DNA of 64,000 bases from Heterodontus francisci (lineage: Eukaryota): the NCBI RefSeq assembly GCF_036365525.1, contig NC_090403.1, forward strand, positions 35,845,461 through 35,909,460, given 5' to 3'. The notes under the pieces are model-generated. The model searched no databases, was not told the DNA's origin, and was given only the letters and a program-made list of their open reading frames with translations. Both the position numbers and the translations under genes were made by a program. Positions 1 to 12,049 of this stretch are shown piece by piece; the stretch's first letter is position 1; every line of letters begins with the position of its first letter.

Positions 1-85
1 CATTAGCTCAGTAGAAGATACTGATTAGCAGTGTGAAAAAACCTTAGGTTCCTTCAAAAACTGAAGGTCACTTACTTCCTTCACT

Positions 86-1278
86 GGGAGACGATGGTGT
101 AGTGCTAATATTAGCAATCCAAAAGCCTAGGCTAATGCCCTGGGGACATGGGTTCAAATCCCACCACAGCAGCTGGTGGAATTTAAATTCAATTAATTGA
201 TAAAAATCTGGAATTGAAAACTAGTCTCTGTAATGGTGCCATGAAAGGAAATCTGTCGTCCTTACCCGTTTTGACCTACATGTGACTCCAGACCCACAGC
301 AATGTGGTTGACTCTTAACTGCCCTCTGAAATGACCTAGCAAGCCACTCAGTTGTCAAGGGAAATTAGGGATGGGCCTATGGGAAAAGGAAACGGTGGAT
401 CCTGTCGGATGGTTCCCCGAGCAGACCGTCAAAGTCATTTGGCGGAATGCCTCATCACCAGAACTTTCAAACAAGCACCAAGACGTAGCTTGGCTGGTGG
501 TGAGAAGGGCCCTCCCCGTCAGATCCTTCATGCACACCCGAAGTCTCGCCCCCTCCGCACAGTGCCCCCGCGTTGGCTGTGGTGGGGAAGAGACGGTCGC
601 CCACCTCCTCCTGGAATGTGCCTTTGCAAAGCAGGTGTGGAAAGAGATGCAGTGGTTTTTGTCAAGGTTCATCCCAAGCAGCTCTGTAACACAGGAGTCT
701 GTGCTCTACGGGCTGTTCCCAGGGACGCACACCGAGACAAACATCAACTGCTGCTGGAGGACTATCAATTCGGTGAAAGACGCCCTTTGGTCTGCCCGAA
801 ACTTGCTGGTCTTCCAGCGCAAAGAGTTGTCCACCGCCGAATGTTGCATACTGGCACATTCCAAGGTCCAGGACTACGAGCTGAGGGACGCACTAAAGCT
901 TGGGGCAGCCGCAGCAAAGGCTCAATGGGGAAAGACCACAGTGTAAGGTTCCCCCACCAAGCTGGACTGAGGGGCTGGATCCATGGGAAACCCCTCGAAC
1001 TGTATCGTTAATATTCTCAATTGCTGTAAATGTAAAACTGTAATTGACATGACAATTGTGAAACAGAAGGGTTGGGAAGAAACTCATGACAGTATTGAAG
1101 GAAACTGATCTCCCTTGCAATGTTTGTATTTTTTGGTGCTGTTTGGAAACTGTTTGGCAATGTAATTTTTACAGATTTTTATGAATAAAGTATATTTTGG
1201 AAATAAATAAAAAAAATTAGGGATGGGCAACAAATGCTGGCCTTGCCAACGACACCCACATCCCAGGAAAGAATAAAA
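86..1278 (+). mobile_element. tRNA-headed SINE (head shared with LINE 5' end at 41789-42087, tail shared with LINE 3' end at 48101-48248), interrupted by a Tx1/L1 insertion
   Basis: A-box-like TGGTGTAGTG near 95-104 and B-box GGTTCAAATCC at 151-161. Body is similar to 16159-16568 and 18501-18851. Tail AATTAGGGATGGGCAACAAATGCTGG...GAATAAAA resumes at 1214. Confidence 0.85.
377..1213 (+). mobile_element. 5'-truncated Tx1/L1-group non-LTR retrotransposon (ORF2 C-terminus, 3' UTR, A-rich tail)
   Basis: Stop-free 191-aa frame 371-946 with zf-RVT-type motif CPRVGCGGEETVAHLLLEC and LWSARN. AATAAA at 1184-1189, then an A-rich tail. 15-bp TSD AAATTAGGGATGGGC at 362-376 and 1214-1228. Confidence 0.88.
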
Positions 1279-1864
1279 GATCTTTCAATTGGCTCCTCCA
1301 GCGTACTCAGCTTCTCACATGTGGCAGGTAAGTCTCTTGTAATTCCTCATTGGATCCTTTCCAGAATCATCTGAATAGTATACACACCGCACTACCTGTT
1401 CCTTGGAAGTGCTAGAAACCTTAGCTCTTCTCTGATGTTCCAACTGTGGTGCCTGAAATGATGAAGCAAGAGGGATAAACAAAGCAAGACCAAAGAAGGC
1501 TCTTGGCAGTTAACTATAATACCTGGGCTTAACTTGCTCACTCACAGCTCATTTGTGTTTTAAATACTCTCTTGCTTTCCAAACTTCATTCTGCCTGGTA
1601 TGCTTGATAGGGTGTTGGCTATTCTTTTGTACTTTTTACAAATAGCCATTCTTTATCTTTGCACTAGACAGCAAGTTTCAGAAAGCTATTTGGCTGTAGA
1701 GAGCATCACAGCCAAGTCTGATCCTGTCTTTAACCTGACTTTCAAGTGGATAGTGATCAGGAGCAGGAACCCTGAGTGTGTTCCCCATCACCTCCATAGA
1801 ATAATGAGGCCAACTGTTGGGTCCCACTACTGGCCCAGCTGAGCTTGGTGCCTAACTAGTGCCA

Positions 1865-2436
1865 CTGAGCATTTCCAGGAGACGGGAGCAGCTGCAGAGC
1901 ATGAGCGGACCAGGCAGACGTTAGCTGTGATCGGGCCTGCCACTGCTCCTTAGAGAGGCAGCAGCATAAAACAACAAGACGGAGTTCAACCATCCGTAAC
2001 TGAGGGAATGCACATGATCCTGTGCAAGATCTCCAAGGGCCTCATAATTTTTAACCTCAAAAAAAATGTTTCCCTTCACCCCGCTGTGAACCCAAAGGCT
2101 TGCACTAATGTGCACTAGACTGTTCGAGTTCGCCGGAATCCAATTTGGAAATTCCAGTGCCGACCTCCCCAGTCCTTTAACAAGCTCCTCTAGGAGCTTA
2201 ATGGGTTGTTAATTGGAGGCGAGTGGGTTCCCCGTTCCCTCTCCCCTGCTCTCACTTTAAAAGTTGTAGTCTATCCAGGAGGCATCGGGATCCAGAGACG
2301 CCCTCCGGGACCACCATTTTTAAATCACATCTGCACCCAGTCCAGACCCCGCCGGAACTTGAAAATACAGCCCATGGTCTCAGTGAGATTTTAACTCACT
2401 CAAAACCCATTCACTTACACAGTTAAAATCAGGCCC
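1865..2436. mobile_element. Non-autonomous Harbinger-like DNA transposon fragment (one terminus visible)
   Basis: GC-rich block ending in GTTAAAATCAGGCCC, the same terminus as the mini-element at 63763-63820. Left boundary uncertain. Confidence 0.5.
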
Positions 2437-5400
2437 ATAATATGTCTCAGTAGCACACAATTTGCTGCATTTCTCTACAAACCATTGATGGAAGCAATTA
2501 TTCACATTGCTGTTTCTGAGTGATGGATATGATAAATGACTGATAGTAAGTTAATAAACTATTTTAGAAATACAAAATTACAATAGACAGGAAAACCATT
2601 AAATCATATAATGAGACACTGTCAGTGACTGTTGTCATTTGTATATCTGTTCACACTGAAGACTCCAGTCACCTTCATTTCAATTGAAGTACTGCTTGTT
2701 GTATATTTTGTCCTGAAGCAAGTTTCAATACCTTTTACTATTAATATGTTCATAATTCCATTATTAGAAATAAATGAGATACGCAAATGAGTTTGGAGGT
2801 TGTCGTGTTATTTAACACTGATCAATTACCGATAGCTGGAAGCTAGTTGAACCCTCTTGCAGACCCATTGTCTTCCTGCCAGGCTTGCTATCACTGTTTT
2901 TTTCTTACCAGAGTAAGCTGGTGTACAATATAGAAGAACTTCTAACATTTGAAGTGCAAAGGACAGTGTCACACTATTGAAAATTTTTCCAAGTTCTGCA
3001 GCCGCCAGTAACTAATTTTTAAAAAACACTTGTAGAGCAACTGGTATCAAAGATGAAAAAAGACAGGTTATCCTTCTTTGATCCATGGAATGTTCACACG
3101 GCAGCTGAGATCACTGGCAAGATCTCCATTGTGAGGAAAATTTCAAGCCTATAATCTACTTTTCTTATTCTATTTGGTAGCCTTGCAGGTTTATCAATTG
3201 CTGATTGGTCAAGGGCTGTGAACTGTGACCTGTGGACTGAGGAATTGTAATATTTTTCCTCAATACTTAGTTTTATTTATATTAGATTAGAATCTATCAT
3301 AACCTATTTTTCTCATGTTTGACACAACTTTAAAACTGAAAGGGAGGCAGGGGTGGGAAACACAAACAACCAGCTGTAGAAATCGGATACAAAAACAGAC
3401 CACAGAAATTAGCCTCCGCAAAACATTGCGGTACTTTGGACAAAATAAATACAGAGGGCAGTATGGTCCTTCAAAGAGGATGAAGGAAGCTGTATTGTCT
3501 TTCAGATCCTTACAGATTTGTGTATTTCCAGCATTTTCTGTTTTTATAAATTAATGACTTGTTTTGTGCAACAATGGCTTTAACAATCAAACAGGTTTTA
3601 CTGCATGAGAAGCAGCAAAGAATAACACAAATAAATGCCACAAAAGTAAATGCAAAAGCATAAGTGCTTCTTATTTGCTGGACCCCATACAATGGGACTA
3701 AATAGATTATGCAAAGTGTTAAATCATAAAGCAGGAATTTCTGTAGCCATTGTGTGGCTCTGTAAAGAGGCAACACTACAAGAGATTCTTTTTTCTTTGG
3801 CATTTTCATAGACATATTATGCTTCAACAAGCATTTTAGGAGATAAGCATCTCCCTTACCATCTATAAATCACAGAAACTTTAGAGATTCAAAGGCCTGA
3901 ATTGTTTTGTGTGTGTTTTCCACAGGACCTGGGGTTGTTGCCATGACACAGGTGTCAAGCACTTCTGAAAGAGGAAGGTTGATGGACATGCAAGGGAGAG
4001 ACAACGACTGATAAAGAGTTTCTCAGGTGGACAGAGGCTTGTTTTGTGATGTTCTTCCCTGATGACAGGTAGCAGCAGCCCTCGGGGCCTGTAGAAAAAC
4101 AGGCCAGCCTATGCTGATGAAAGGCCTGTCATGTATGCAAAAAAGGGAATTGAGGGACGTGACTTCAGGGCAAAAGTTTGCAGGAGGAGCACATTATAAT
4201 TAATGATGAGGTAAGAGGCCCGGTTTATTGAAACCTTTCCTTTCCTTTGAATTGGTGACCTGCTTAACCCATAATGCTTATCTTTCATCTGCTAAATTGT
4301 GCTGTAAATGTCATATTTTAATATTGTATTCTTGGATTTGCTGGTGGAGATAAATCAAGCAGTGTAACTGGAGGTATTGAATGACAAATATTGAAACATG
4401 AGAAGTTTGCTTAAAGATGTTCCATTTTAACCCATTCACTGCTTTATTTTTGACCAAAAGTTGCTCGATTCCAGTCATCTCTGAATTGTGTATGACACTC
4501 TGCACATTTTAATGCCATTTTTGGTAACAATCATCTGTTCTCACTGTGAAATGTATAGCAGTGTTCCAAGATTCTATAATCAGAAATAAAGTTTATGCAA
4601 TTTACACATTTCTCATATTGACATTTAATTATATTGCTAGTTCCATAATTACAGTTTAGTCCTCTTAATTTCAAGTTTTTTAATTCAAGTTATCTGATTT
4701 TTAACATTAGATTCTCCCTTTGATGCATTATTTATGTTGTTTAAATCAAATGATGGGATCATTCCAATTTTTTAAATGCAAAAATGATTGAGTTACCAGC
4801 GGCAGACTGTAGTTAGGTTTAAACTCTGCATTCTGAAATCTCATCCCTTCACTTTGGTTTTCAATACCAATAATTAAATTTGGAGGGTAAATAACTGGGA
4901 TATGCAGTCTAGATTCTAAATCTCACAAAGGATTCAGTGTGTGTTAGTGAATATTTCAACTGATAATTCTTGGCTTCTTACATATGTTGGACAATGATGA
5001 AATATTGAAGGCAGGAAAACTGTTTACAGTATCATCAGAACACTGCTCTGAATGTGAACACTGATTGTTCATATTGTGTTGCACAGCATAAAGTAACAAA
5101 AAAATTGTACAAGGAAATTTCAGAAACCACTACTGTGAGAGGAGGAGATTACGTGAATTTTAGGAAACTATGACATTCACCACCTCCCCAAAGCATCCCC
5201 CCCACCCCCAATTGATCTTATAGGCTTTGAAGAGACCTCTGCAAAAAATGAAATTTCTCTCCTGTAAAAAATAAGCTGCCTAACCTAGTTATGTATCCTT
5301 GAAATGTAATTATTGATTTTGAAAAGCCAAAGTATGAGGCAAGACCCAAGATGCAGAGTTGAAACGTAACTACTATCCACTCCTGATAACAGTCATTTTC

Positions 5401-7715
5401 TTTACACTGAAATAAAATTTATTGCAGTACATAAGGCACTGCAGCAATAACTAAAGAAAATATCAGCCCTGTAGGATTCGAGTAAATTGGTTTCAATCAG
5501 TGCATATGTGACAGGGTGCGTATTTTACACAGTCACTCAAGTCCCATAAAGTCAGTTTGGTTGTGAAATTTATAGTTTCTTAAAAACCATGTAAATTACT
5601 TCTTTGAAAAACATTGGGTATCTTCAATGTGGCTGGATTGAAGTTAGTTGTGCAAAAAATGATCCCATTAAAACATACAGGCCTAAAAGTAATATCAATA
5701 ATAAGACACACACTGGAGCACTGATGGGCTGCAACAGCAGCAGTGAAATGAAGGATTGCACCTGTGATTTGCTTGTCTGTTGCCATCAACGATAGGCATT
5801 AGTCAAAGGTAAAAGGGAAAACAAGGAAGGGGATAAACTAGAGGTAGATGCACCCTTATGCCTAGCTGGCATCGACCATTAGCAAAGGCCTGGGAGTAGT
5901 AGTTAAAGAACATCATGCGCACAAAAAATAAGACTAAGGAACAGGGGAGAAAAAAACAACTAAAAGATGGTGGCCGAAAACAAAACTTAAAAAGACAGGA
6001 AACATAGCCACGTGCATTGATCCAAAACACCATGGTACCAGAATGGTTAAGCTGGTTTCTTCATTCCTTTGTAATTGGATTTGCATTATGCGCAAAACCT
6101 AGTCACCCAACTCGTGTTAAATTTCATCACTTGTTAGCAATGCCAGGTGAGAAAGTTTCTCACCATGGGAAAAAAAGCTTAGTGAAAACAGTTTTTCTGC
6201 AACACAGATGTGCTTCTTGTCTGAGTCCTGTTGTGGGCAGCCTAGGCATTTAAAACACAAAGCAAATGGGAACCTAATCTTTAAGAAAGGCAGAGAGAGT
6301 GAAGGAGAAGAAATGAAATGAAGCAGGGGAACAGGTTAGAGAAAAAAATTCTAGTTCAAAAGAACAGAATTGATATATGTGCCAAGGCATAAAAAAAGAA
6401 AGTGTATGTTACAATCTTTCTTAATTTTCTTTTAAAAACAAATATACTTGAATCTGACAACCAAATCAGCCAATTATGGTTGATGTTATGCTGATAAACA
6501 AGCAATAACACTGACATTAACCAGGACTTGTCAGTAACTGCAAGGCCAGCCCTTGAAGTGAAAATGTTGCAGAATTATTCTAACTCTTTTATAAATGTTT
6601 GCTTAGTCCAACAAAGCTGTAATGCATGTCATCAGTAAAGGCCACTCACTCATCACGAGACCTGTTAGCTCATTTTGTTGAGCAGCAGACTCAAGATCAG
6701 ATGGGTTTTGGGTTTTCATTCTGCGGGGTTCACTTATCTTTTTAAGATGGATATAGTGAGTACCATGGTACACATTGCAGGGGGAAAGCAGGAGATTGTA
6801 GGGACTGGGAAGTGGTTACTATGCTGTTGGCTAAGTAAAGGCTGCCCAAATCCAGCCCGGGAAACTCTGCCTTTTAATTGATGCCTCCCACCCACAGAAA
6901 CAGATGTGTTGGTGATGTGGTTGTAAAGACGTTTCTTTTTTTAAAAAAAAACACAAACAGCGCTACTGGTTTTCTCAACAGGCATGCACCAGGCTGCCAC
7001 ACACTACCTGCCCCCGGCAGTGCTGCATCCGGTAGTGCTGCTCCTAGCCATGCTGTTCCCATCCTCCAGTTGAGGCCTAACACTACTGCAGGCCCCAACT
7101 GAAAAAAATAAGCAGCCCTGTGGGAAATGGGAGAGGTGTGTGTCACCCAGAGCATTCCTGCTGCTGGCAAGCTATTCAGAGTTGAGCATTTCATGAATAT
7201 TGTCACCTCACCTCACTTATCCATGACTCTTTGCTAGGACTGGGAATGGAAAGGAAGACATCAATGCTTGACAAATACATTTTGGAACAATTGATGCATG
7301 TAGGTTCATAATGGCCGAACCTGTGAATGGCAGAATACCTGTTCCACTGCCGTGGGAAGGGGATGAGGTGTCGGGGATAATGGAGGAGTGGACCAGGGTG
7401 TCGCTTTCCACAACAGCACTTTGATACGTCTTCCTTTTTCCTCAAACCAGGATTCCTCCCCAATGTGGTTGACAGGGCCTTCAATCGTGTCCAGCCCATT
7501 TCCTGCACTTTTGCCCTCACGCCGTCCCCTGCCTCCCAGAACTGCAACAGAATTCCCCTTGTCATCACTTTCCACCACACCAGCCTCCACATCCAGAGGA
7601 TCATCCTCTGCCATTTCCGCCACTTCCAGCGTGATGCCACCACCAAACGCATCGTCTCCTCCCCTGTCAGCATTTGGAAGGGATCGTTCCCTCCACGACA
7701 CCCCAAACACAGATT

Positions 7716-8060
7716 GTCATAGAGTCATAGATAGATACAACACTGAGACAGGACCTTCGGCCCACCGGGTCTGTGCCGACCAACAACCACCCATTTATAC
7801 TAATCCTACATTAATCCCATATTCCCTACCACATCCCCACAATTCTCCTACCACCTACTTACACTAGGGGAAATTTATCATGGCCAATTTACCTATTAAC
7901 CTGCAAGTATTTGGCTGTGGAAGGAAACTGGAGCACCCAGTGGAAAACCACGCAGTCACAGGGAGAACTTGCAAACTCCGCACAGGCAGTACCCAGAACT
8001 GAACCCGGGTCGCTGGAGCTCTGAGGCTGTGGTGCTAACCACTTCGCCACTGTGCTGCCA
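7716..8060 (-). mobile_element. HE1-type V-SINE (tRNA head, CR1-like tail)
   Basis: Reverse complement of the family at 21514-21848 and 40731-41082. A/B boxes, central body, tail GGGCCGAAGG..CCTGT..GTATCT. Confidence 0.85.
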
Positions 8061-8583
8061 CCCCCCAGCCGCCCCCCCCACCCCCCCATTGTGCGGCCAC
8101 TTTGCTGAACACCTCCGCTCAGTCTGAAAGCATGACCCCGAGCTTCCGTTTGCTTGCCATTTCAACACTCCCCCCTGCTCTCATGCCACATTTCTGTCTT
8201 TGACCTGCTCCAGTGTTCCAGTGAACATCAATGCAAGCTCGAGGAGCAGCACCTGATCTTTCAATTAGGCACTCTCCAGTCTTGCGGACTGAACATTGAG
8301 TTCAATAACTTCAGAGCATGACTGGCCTTTTTTTAATATTTAATTTTTTAACCATGTGCCTGCTTTTAATGTAGTCAGAGCTGCTCATTATTCCACTATT
8401 AACACTCTCTCTGGACTAATGCTTTGTCTTTCACCACAAGCATCAACACATGCTTTGCCTTGGTCCCAGGACAGCTTTGTTACTTAATCTCCCTCTGCCC
8501 TATCCAACACCTTCCCCTTTATTATCTCCCCCACTCCCCTCTCCTTCACTTGCTTAAAATCTAATTCTTTTCTGGCCTTTGCC

Positions 8584-8620
8584 AGTTCTGATGAAAGGTC
8601 ACAGACCTGAAACGTTAACT
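8584..8620 (+). ncRNA. Minimal type I hammerhead ribozyme motif in Penelope pLTR
   Basis: AGTT-CTGATGA-A-AGGTC(aca)GACCT-GAAAC-GTT-AACT. Helix I AGTT/AACT, canonical core, 5-bp helix II, palindromic AACGTT in place of helix III. Confidence 0.75.
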
Positions 8621-8719
8621 TTGCTTCTCTCGCCACAGACACTGCCTGACCTGTTGAGTATTTCCAGCACTTTTTGTTTTGTTTCAGATTTCCAGCATCT
8701 GCACTATTTTGCTTTTACA

Positions 8720-8935
8720 GTAATGATTAGGTTGTTCAAGACAATGGTTGGGCCACAGTTAGCTTATTACATGCAGTTTGGAGTGCCCCATAATAGAAAG
8801 GCATTTAAAGCCATGGAAAATATACAACATAGATTCATCAGGATGTTGACAAAGATACACAACTATATTTAGGAGGAGAGACTTGAACTGCTGGACCTAT
8901 TTCTACCGGAGCAGAGAAGCCTAATAGGGTTCCAG
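8720..8935 (+). mobile_element. Old CR1 LINE fragment
   Basis: LFKTMVGPQLAYYMQFGVPHNRK..MENIQHRFIRM matches the CR1 ORF2 C-terminal motif LYK.LVRPHLEYCVQFW.P..RKD..LE.VQRRFTRM. Confidence 0.65.
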
Positions 8936-9979
8936 GAATTTAATCTAATCATGGTTCTGTCTGCTTCGACTGATTTAATCAGGCATAGTCCACTCACTAA
9001 TCTTGTCACAAGGATGACACCCACACCTCCAACATGGGCAGCATTCTCCTCGCAGTTTACAACCAATAGGAATTCTATGCCTAATAAATAGTGTCCTCTA
9101 AGGGTAATCTTTCTTTCTCTTCCCCCATTCCATAAACTGTGTATCATGAAACTCTTAACTCACCCAGCTCCACTGGTCTACTATTCAGCACTGTACCCAT
9201 AATAGTATTTCACTTTCACATTACAGTATAATGTTCAATCCCTGGTAAATACAATTAACAAAGGAATTGTAAAGAAACAATTAACAAAAGAAATGTAAAT
9301 TTATCAAAGTTTTAAAATGTTAAAAAATTCAATCAACAATTAAATCTTTCCAGTATACAGTTTTCAAAATACATTATAATGGTCAATGTTTGTATATTTG
9401 AGCAAAACCTGTTCAAGTATCTTGGAAATGATGAAAGAAGAATGACAGGGACCATGAACTCCTCTGATCATTGGCCCAGATTATGTAATTGTAATGATGG
9501 AAAAACTGTCAGTGTGGGAGCACACATGAAACTCGCCCAACCTGAGAGGAAAGGAACAGAGCTGGGAACTGGGAAATGTTGATATACGGAGTACAAATGC
9601 TGAGGTGAGAACTGTACAGACGTATAGGCTGATTGCACATGCCCAAATGTCAAATTTCTGACTTTATGGGCTGAATCTTGCGGTCAGACTGAAGGTCTCG
9701 CCACCAGGACTGGAAGCGGGAGCCACAGTCGCCTGGGTGGGGGTGGGCTGGTGATCAGTACTCTGTGGTGGCCAGCCAATTAGCTGCCGGGAGGCAGAGA
9801 AGGTGTCCACTAAGGTCAATCCAATGGAAGTGCTAGCGCCATATTTAAAGGGCTCCCAGTACTCATTGAAATCAACCCAAGCACTGAAAAGATGGAGTGG
9901 CAGACCTGAGAAACAAGGCCTGTGAAAAGATGAGAGAGGGAAGATCCTGGATGGCCTCAAGGTTTTGCACTGCATCCCT

Positions 9980-11710
9980 ACAGGTTCTCCTCTAGACTGC
10001 TCATGCAAGGCAGGTGGTCCTCTTCCCCCGGGACGAGAGTAGGAGACCTGCCCGCTAGACCAAACAAGCCTGGATGTAGATTGTAGAGGAGGTCAGCAGC
10101 TGTGGGGTGGTCCCTTGAATCTGGCTGCAGTGCCACAACTGTGTTAATGACCTCATGCAGTCCGCCAAGTTAAGTGCACCACACATTGCTTTCCTTAGGG
10201 GCCTGCATGTGGCTATGCATGAGGGTGAGCTTGCTGGAAAAGGAATGCCAACTCAGTCACTAGCAATGGGGCCAGGCAGCAATATTGCCTATCATAGGCA
10301 TGGCAGCTTCTCGGTGAATAGCCCCGATCCATCAGAGTTGACTCCTACACTGCCACTTCTGAGTGGCCACATGCAGGAGACAATCCTGTGGCACCATCAT
10401 GGACAGTCAGGCAACTGCCAGAATAGGCATTGTGTGGGTCTTTGGCAATTAACAATGGTCATCTATGTGCTTGCAGGAGAAGACTGCCCACAATGCCAAG
10501 GAAAGGTGAACAGTGGTGTCCTTTTCATTGCAATCCTGACCCCCATGGAGGAGCAGGCACTAGAAATTGGAGGACAGCATGGGGCAGTTCCATCACAGAT
10601 GGTGAGACAGGAGTGGAAACACGAGAGAGCGAGTGGCCGAATGGATGGGCACAAGAGAGCCTCTGGAGAACATGAGGCATGGTTCTCATGTGTTCACCAC
10701 AGGTCAATTGGAGCTCCACACTAGGAATAGGCTGAAGGATGTGATGGAATGTGCATCATCCTCTCACATGGGTCGGAGATAAGAGCAGACAGCTCCAGAG
10801 ACCCTGAGGGACAGCTGTCCACTTCTGAGGAGGAGGAGGAAGCTTCAGAGGACGCACTGTCACATCATTCCCCCACACCCTCCATCAGTGCAGATACTCT
10901 CATATCAGTGGGTATCTGTTTGGAGTAGATTTGGGATAACAATCTGGTGAGCACAGCACAGACGGGCCTGAGCAGCTGATGGAGGCTATGTCGGCCGAGG
11001 CCACCAACACTCGGAGGACTGTGGGAGGGCCTGGCAATGCTGACTCTCAGGCTGATGATATGCCTCTGGAGCAGTCAGCAAGGCAGCATTTGCTGGAGCT
11101 ACAGCGTGAGGTGAGGGAACATCAGGCAGAGCTTCCAGAGGCTTTGCGCACCCAGGCATGGACGATGGAGGAGTCCATCCAGGCCTTAAGTGCCACCATG
11201 TCTCTTGCGTATGTGCACTAGGCTTTGTCCACTGAGAGATTGGTGACCCTTATGAAGAGTCATATCCAGCAAAGTACCCAGTGGATGCTGGAGATGGGCA
11301 CAGACCTGCATGCCATTGCCAATTCCATGATTTTTGAGCAGCAATGGCTGGGCAAGAGGTGGGGGAGAGGCACCTGGACTCACCACCAGATCCTTGCACT
11401 CCTCAGGTGAAGAGTGGGGTACTAGGGTGCCTTGGAAGGGTAGAGGAGCAGCTGCCTGATGCATCTGAGGACTCGTCTCAGGGTGCTCCTGGTGTGAACA
11501 GTGGCTCCTCAGCCCCTCTGTCAGTGACCCAAGTGCCTCACTTAGCCACGATGAGAGAGGAGGCCCTCCAGGCCCCTGGCAGCCAGAGGACGATGGCCAA
11601 GGTCATTCCGAGCCACTGGACAGCAAGGTCTGCAGCCTGCCTTCACTTTAGCTGACAGCGTGGTGTGAGCACAATGTAGCAGCACACATAAGAAATTTAA
11701 GAAGAGCACT
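9980..11710 (+). pseudogene. Harbinger Myb/SANT-like DNA-binding protein pseudogene (spliced)
   Basis: 10014-10169 reads VVLFPRDESRRPAR*TKQAWM*IVEEVSSCGVVP*IWLQCHNCVNDLMQSAK. A second exon after TTGCAG at ~10477 reads EKTAHNAKER..ILTPMEEQALEI. Coiled-coil-like remnant at 10979-11410. Many stops. Confidence 0.72.
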
Positions 11711-12049
11711 TAGCTGCGCTCAGGGTTCACAGGTTAAAATTTTGTTCAAGCATGCTGCCTCGCAATTTTTCCGTTTGCTAGTGTAAGTGTGATGTGGCAG
11801 GCAAGTGGTATCCCTGCATTTCTTGCCAACCACTAGGACTTCAGGAGTATCCAGGCTCCCTCAAAGGGTGTGATGAGTGTGACTAAACAGTGTGAGGTTG
11901 ATGCATTCCCCATGCCACAGTGTAATGTCACACTGGGTGCAGGTAAATAGCCAGGTCTATAAAGGACACGACAATAGGGGTGCAGTGGGCAGACACTTCA
12001 TTGAATTGCATGGATCTATCATCAAGGATCATGTGAAATGTGCCTGTAT

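Larger units (their letters stand above)
7348..8717 (+). mobile_element. Penelope-like retroelement remnant (RT C-terminus/linker, GIY-YIG endonuclease end, 3' pseudo-LTR), split by a V-SINE
   Basis: Frame 7465-7722 reads VDRAFNRV...RIPLVITFH...IILCHFRHFQRD. 8094-8310 reads FAEHLRSV..HDPELPFACHFN...KLEEQHLIFQLGTL..GLNIEFNNF. The 3' end carries a hammerhead motif and ends in GATTTCCAGCATCTGCA..TTTTGCTTTTA. Confidence 0.82.

Noticed and set aside
86-170. Functional tRNA genes at SINE heads (also 16159, 21514, 40731, 42087)
   Set aside because: They lack a complete cloverleaf and continue into SINE/LINE bodies.
938-980. V(D)J recombination signal sequences (several CACAGTG/CACTGTG heptamers)
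   Set aside because: At the heptamers I examined, no nonamer lies at 12/23 spacing, and no V, D or J segment ORFs were seen.
8060-8088. C-rich run (minus-strand G-quadruplex potential)
   Set aside because: Low-complexity filler at a SINE/Penelope junction, with no evidence of function.
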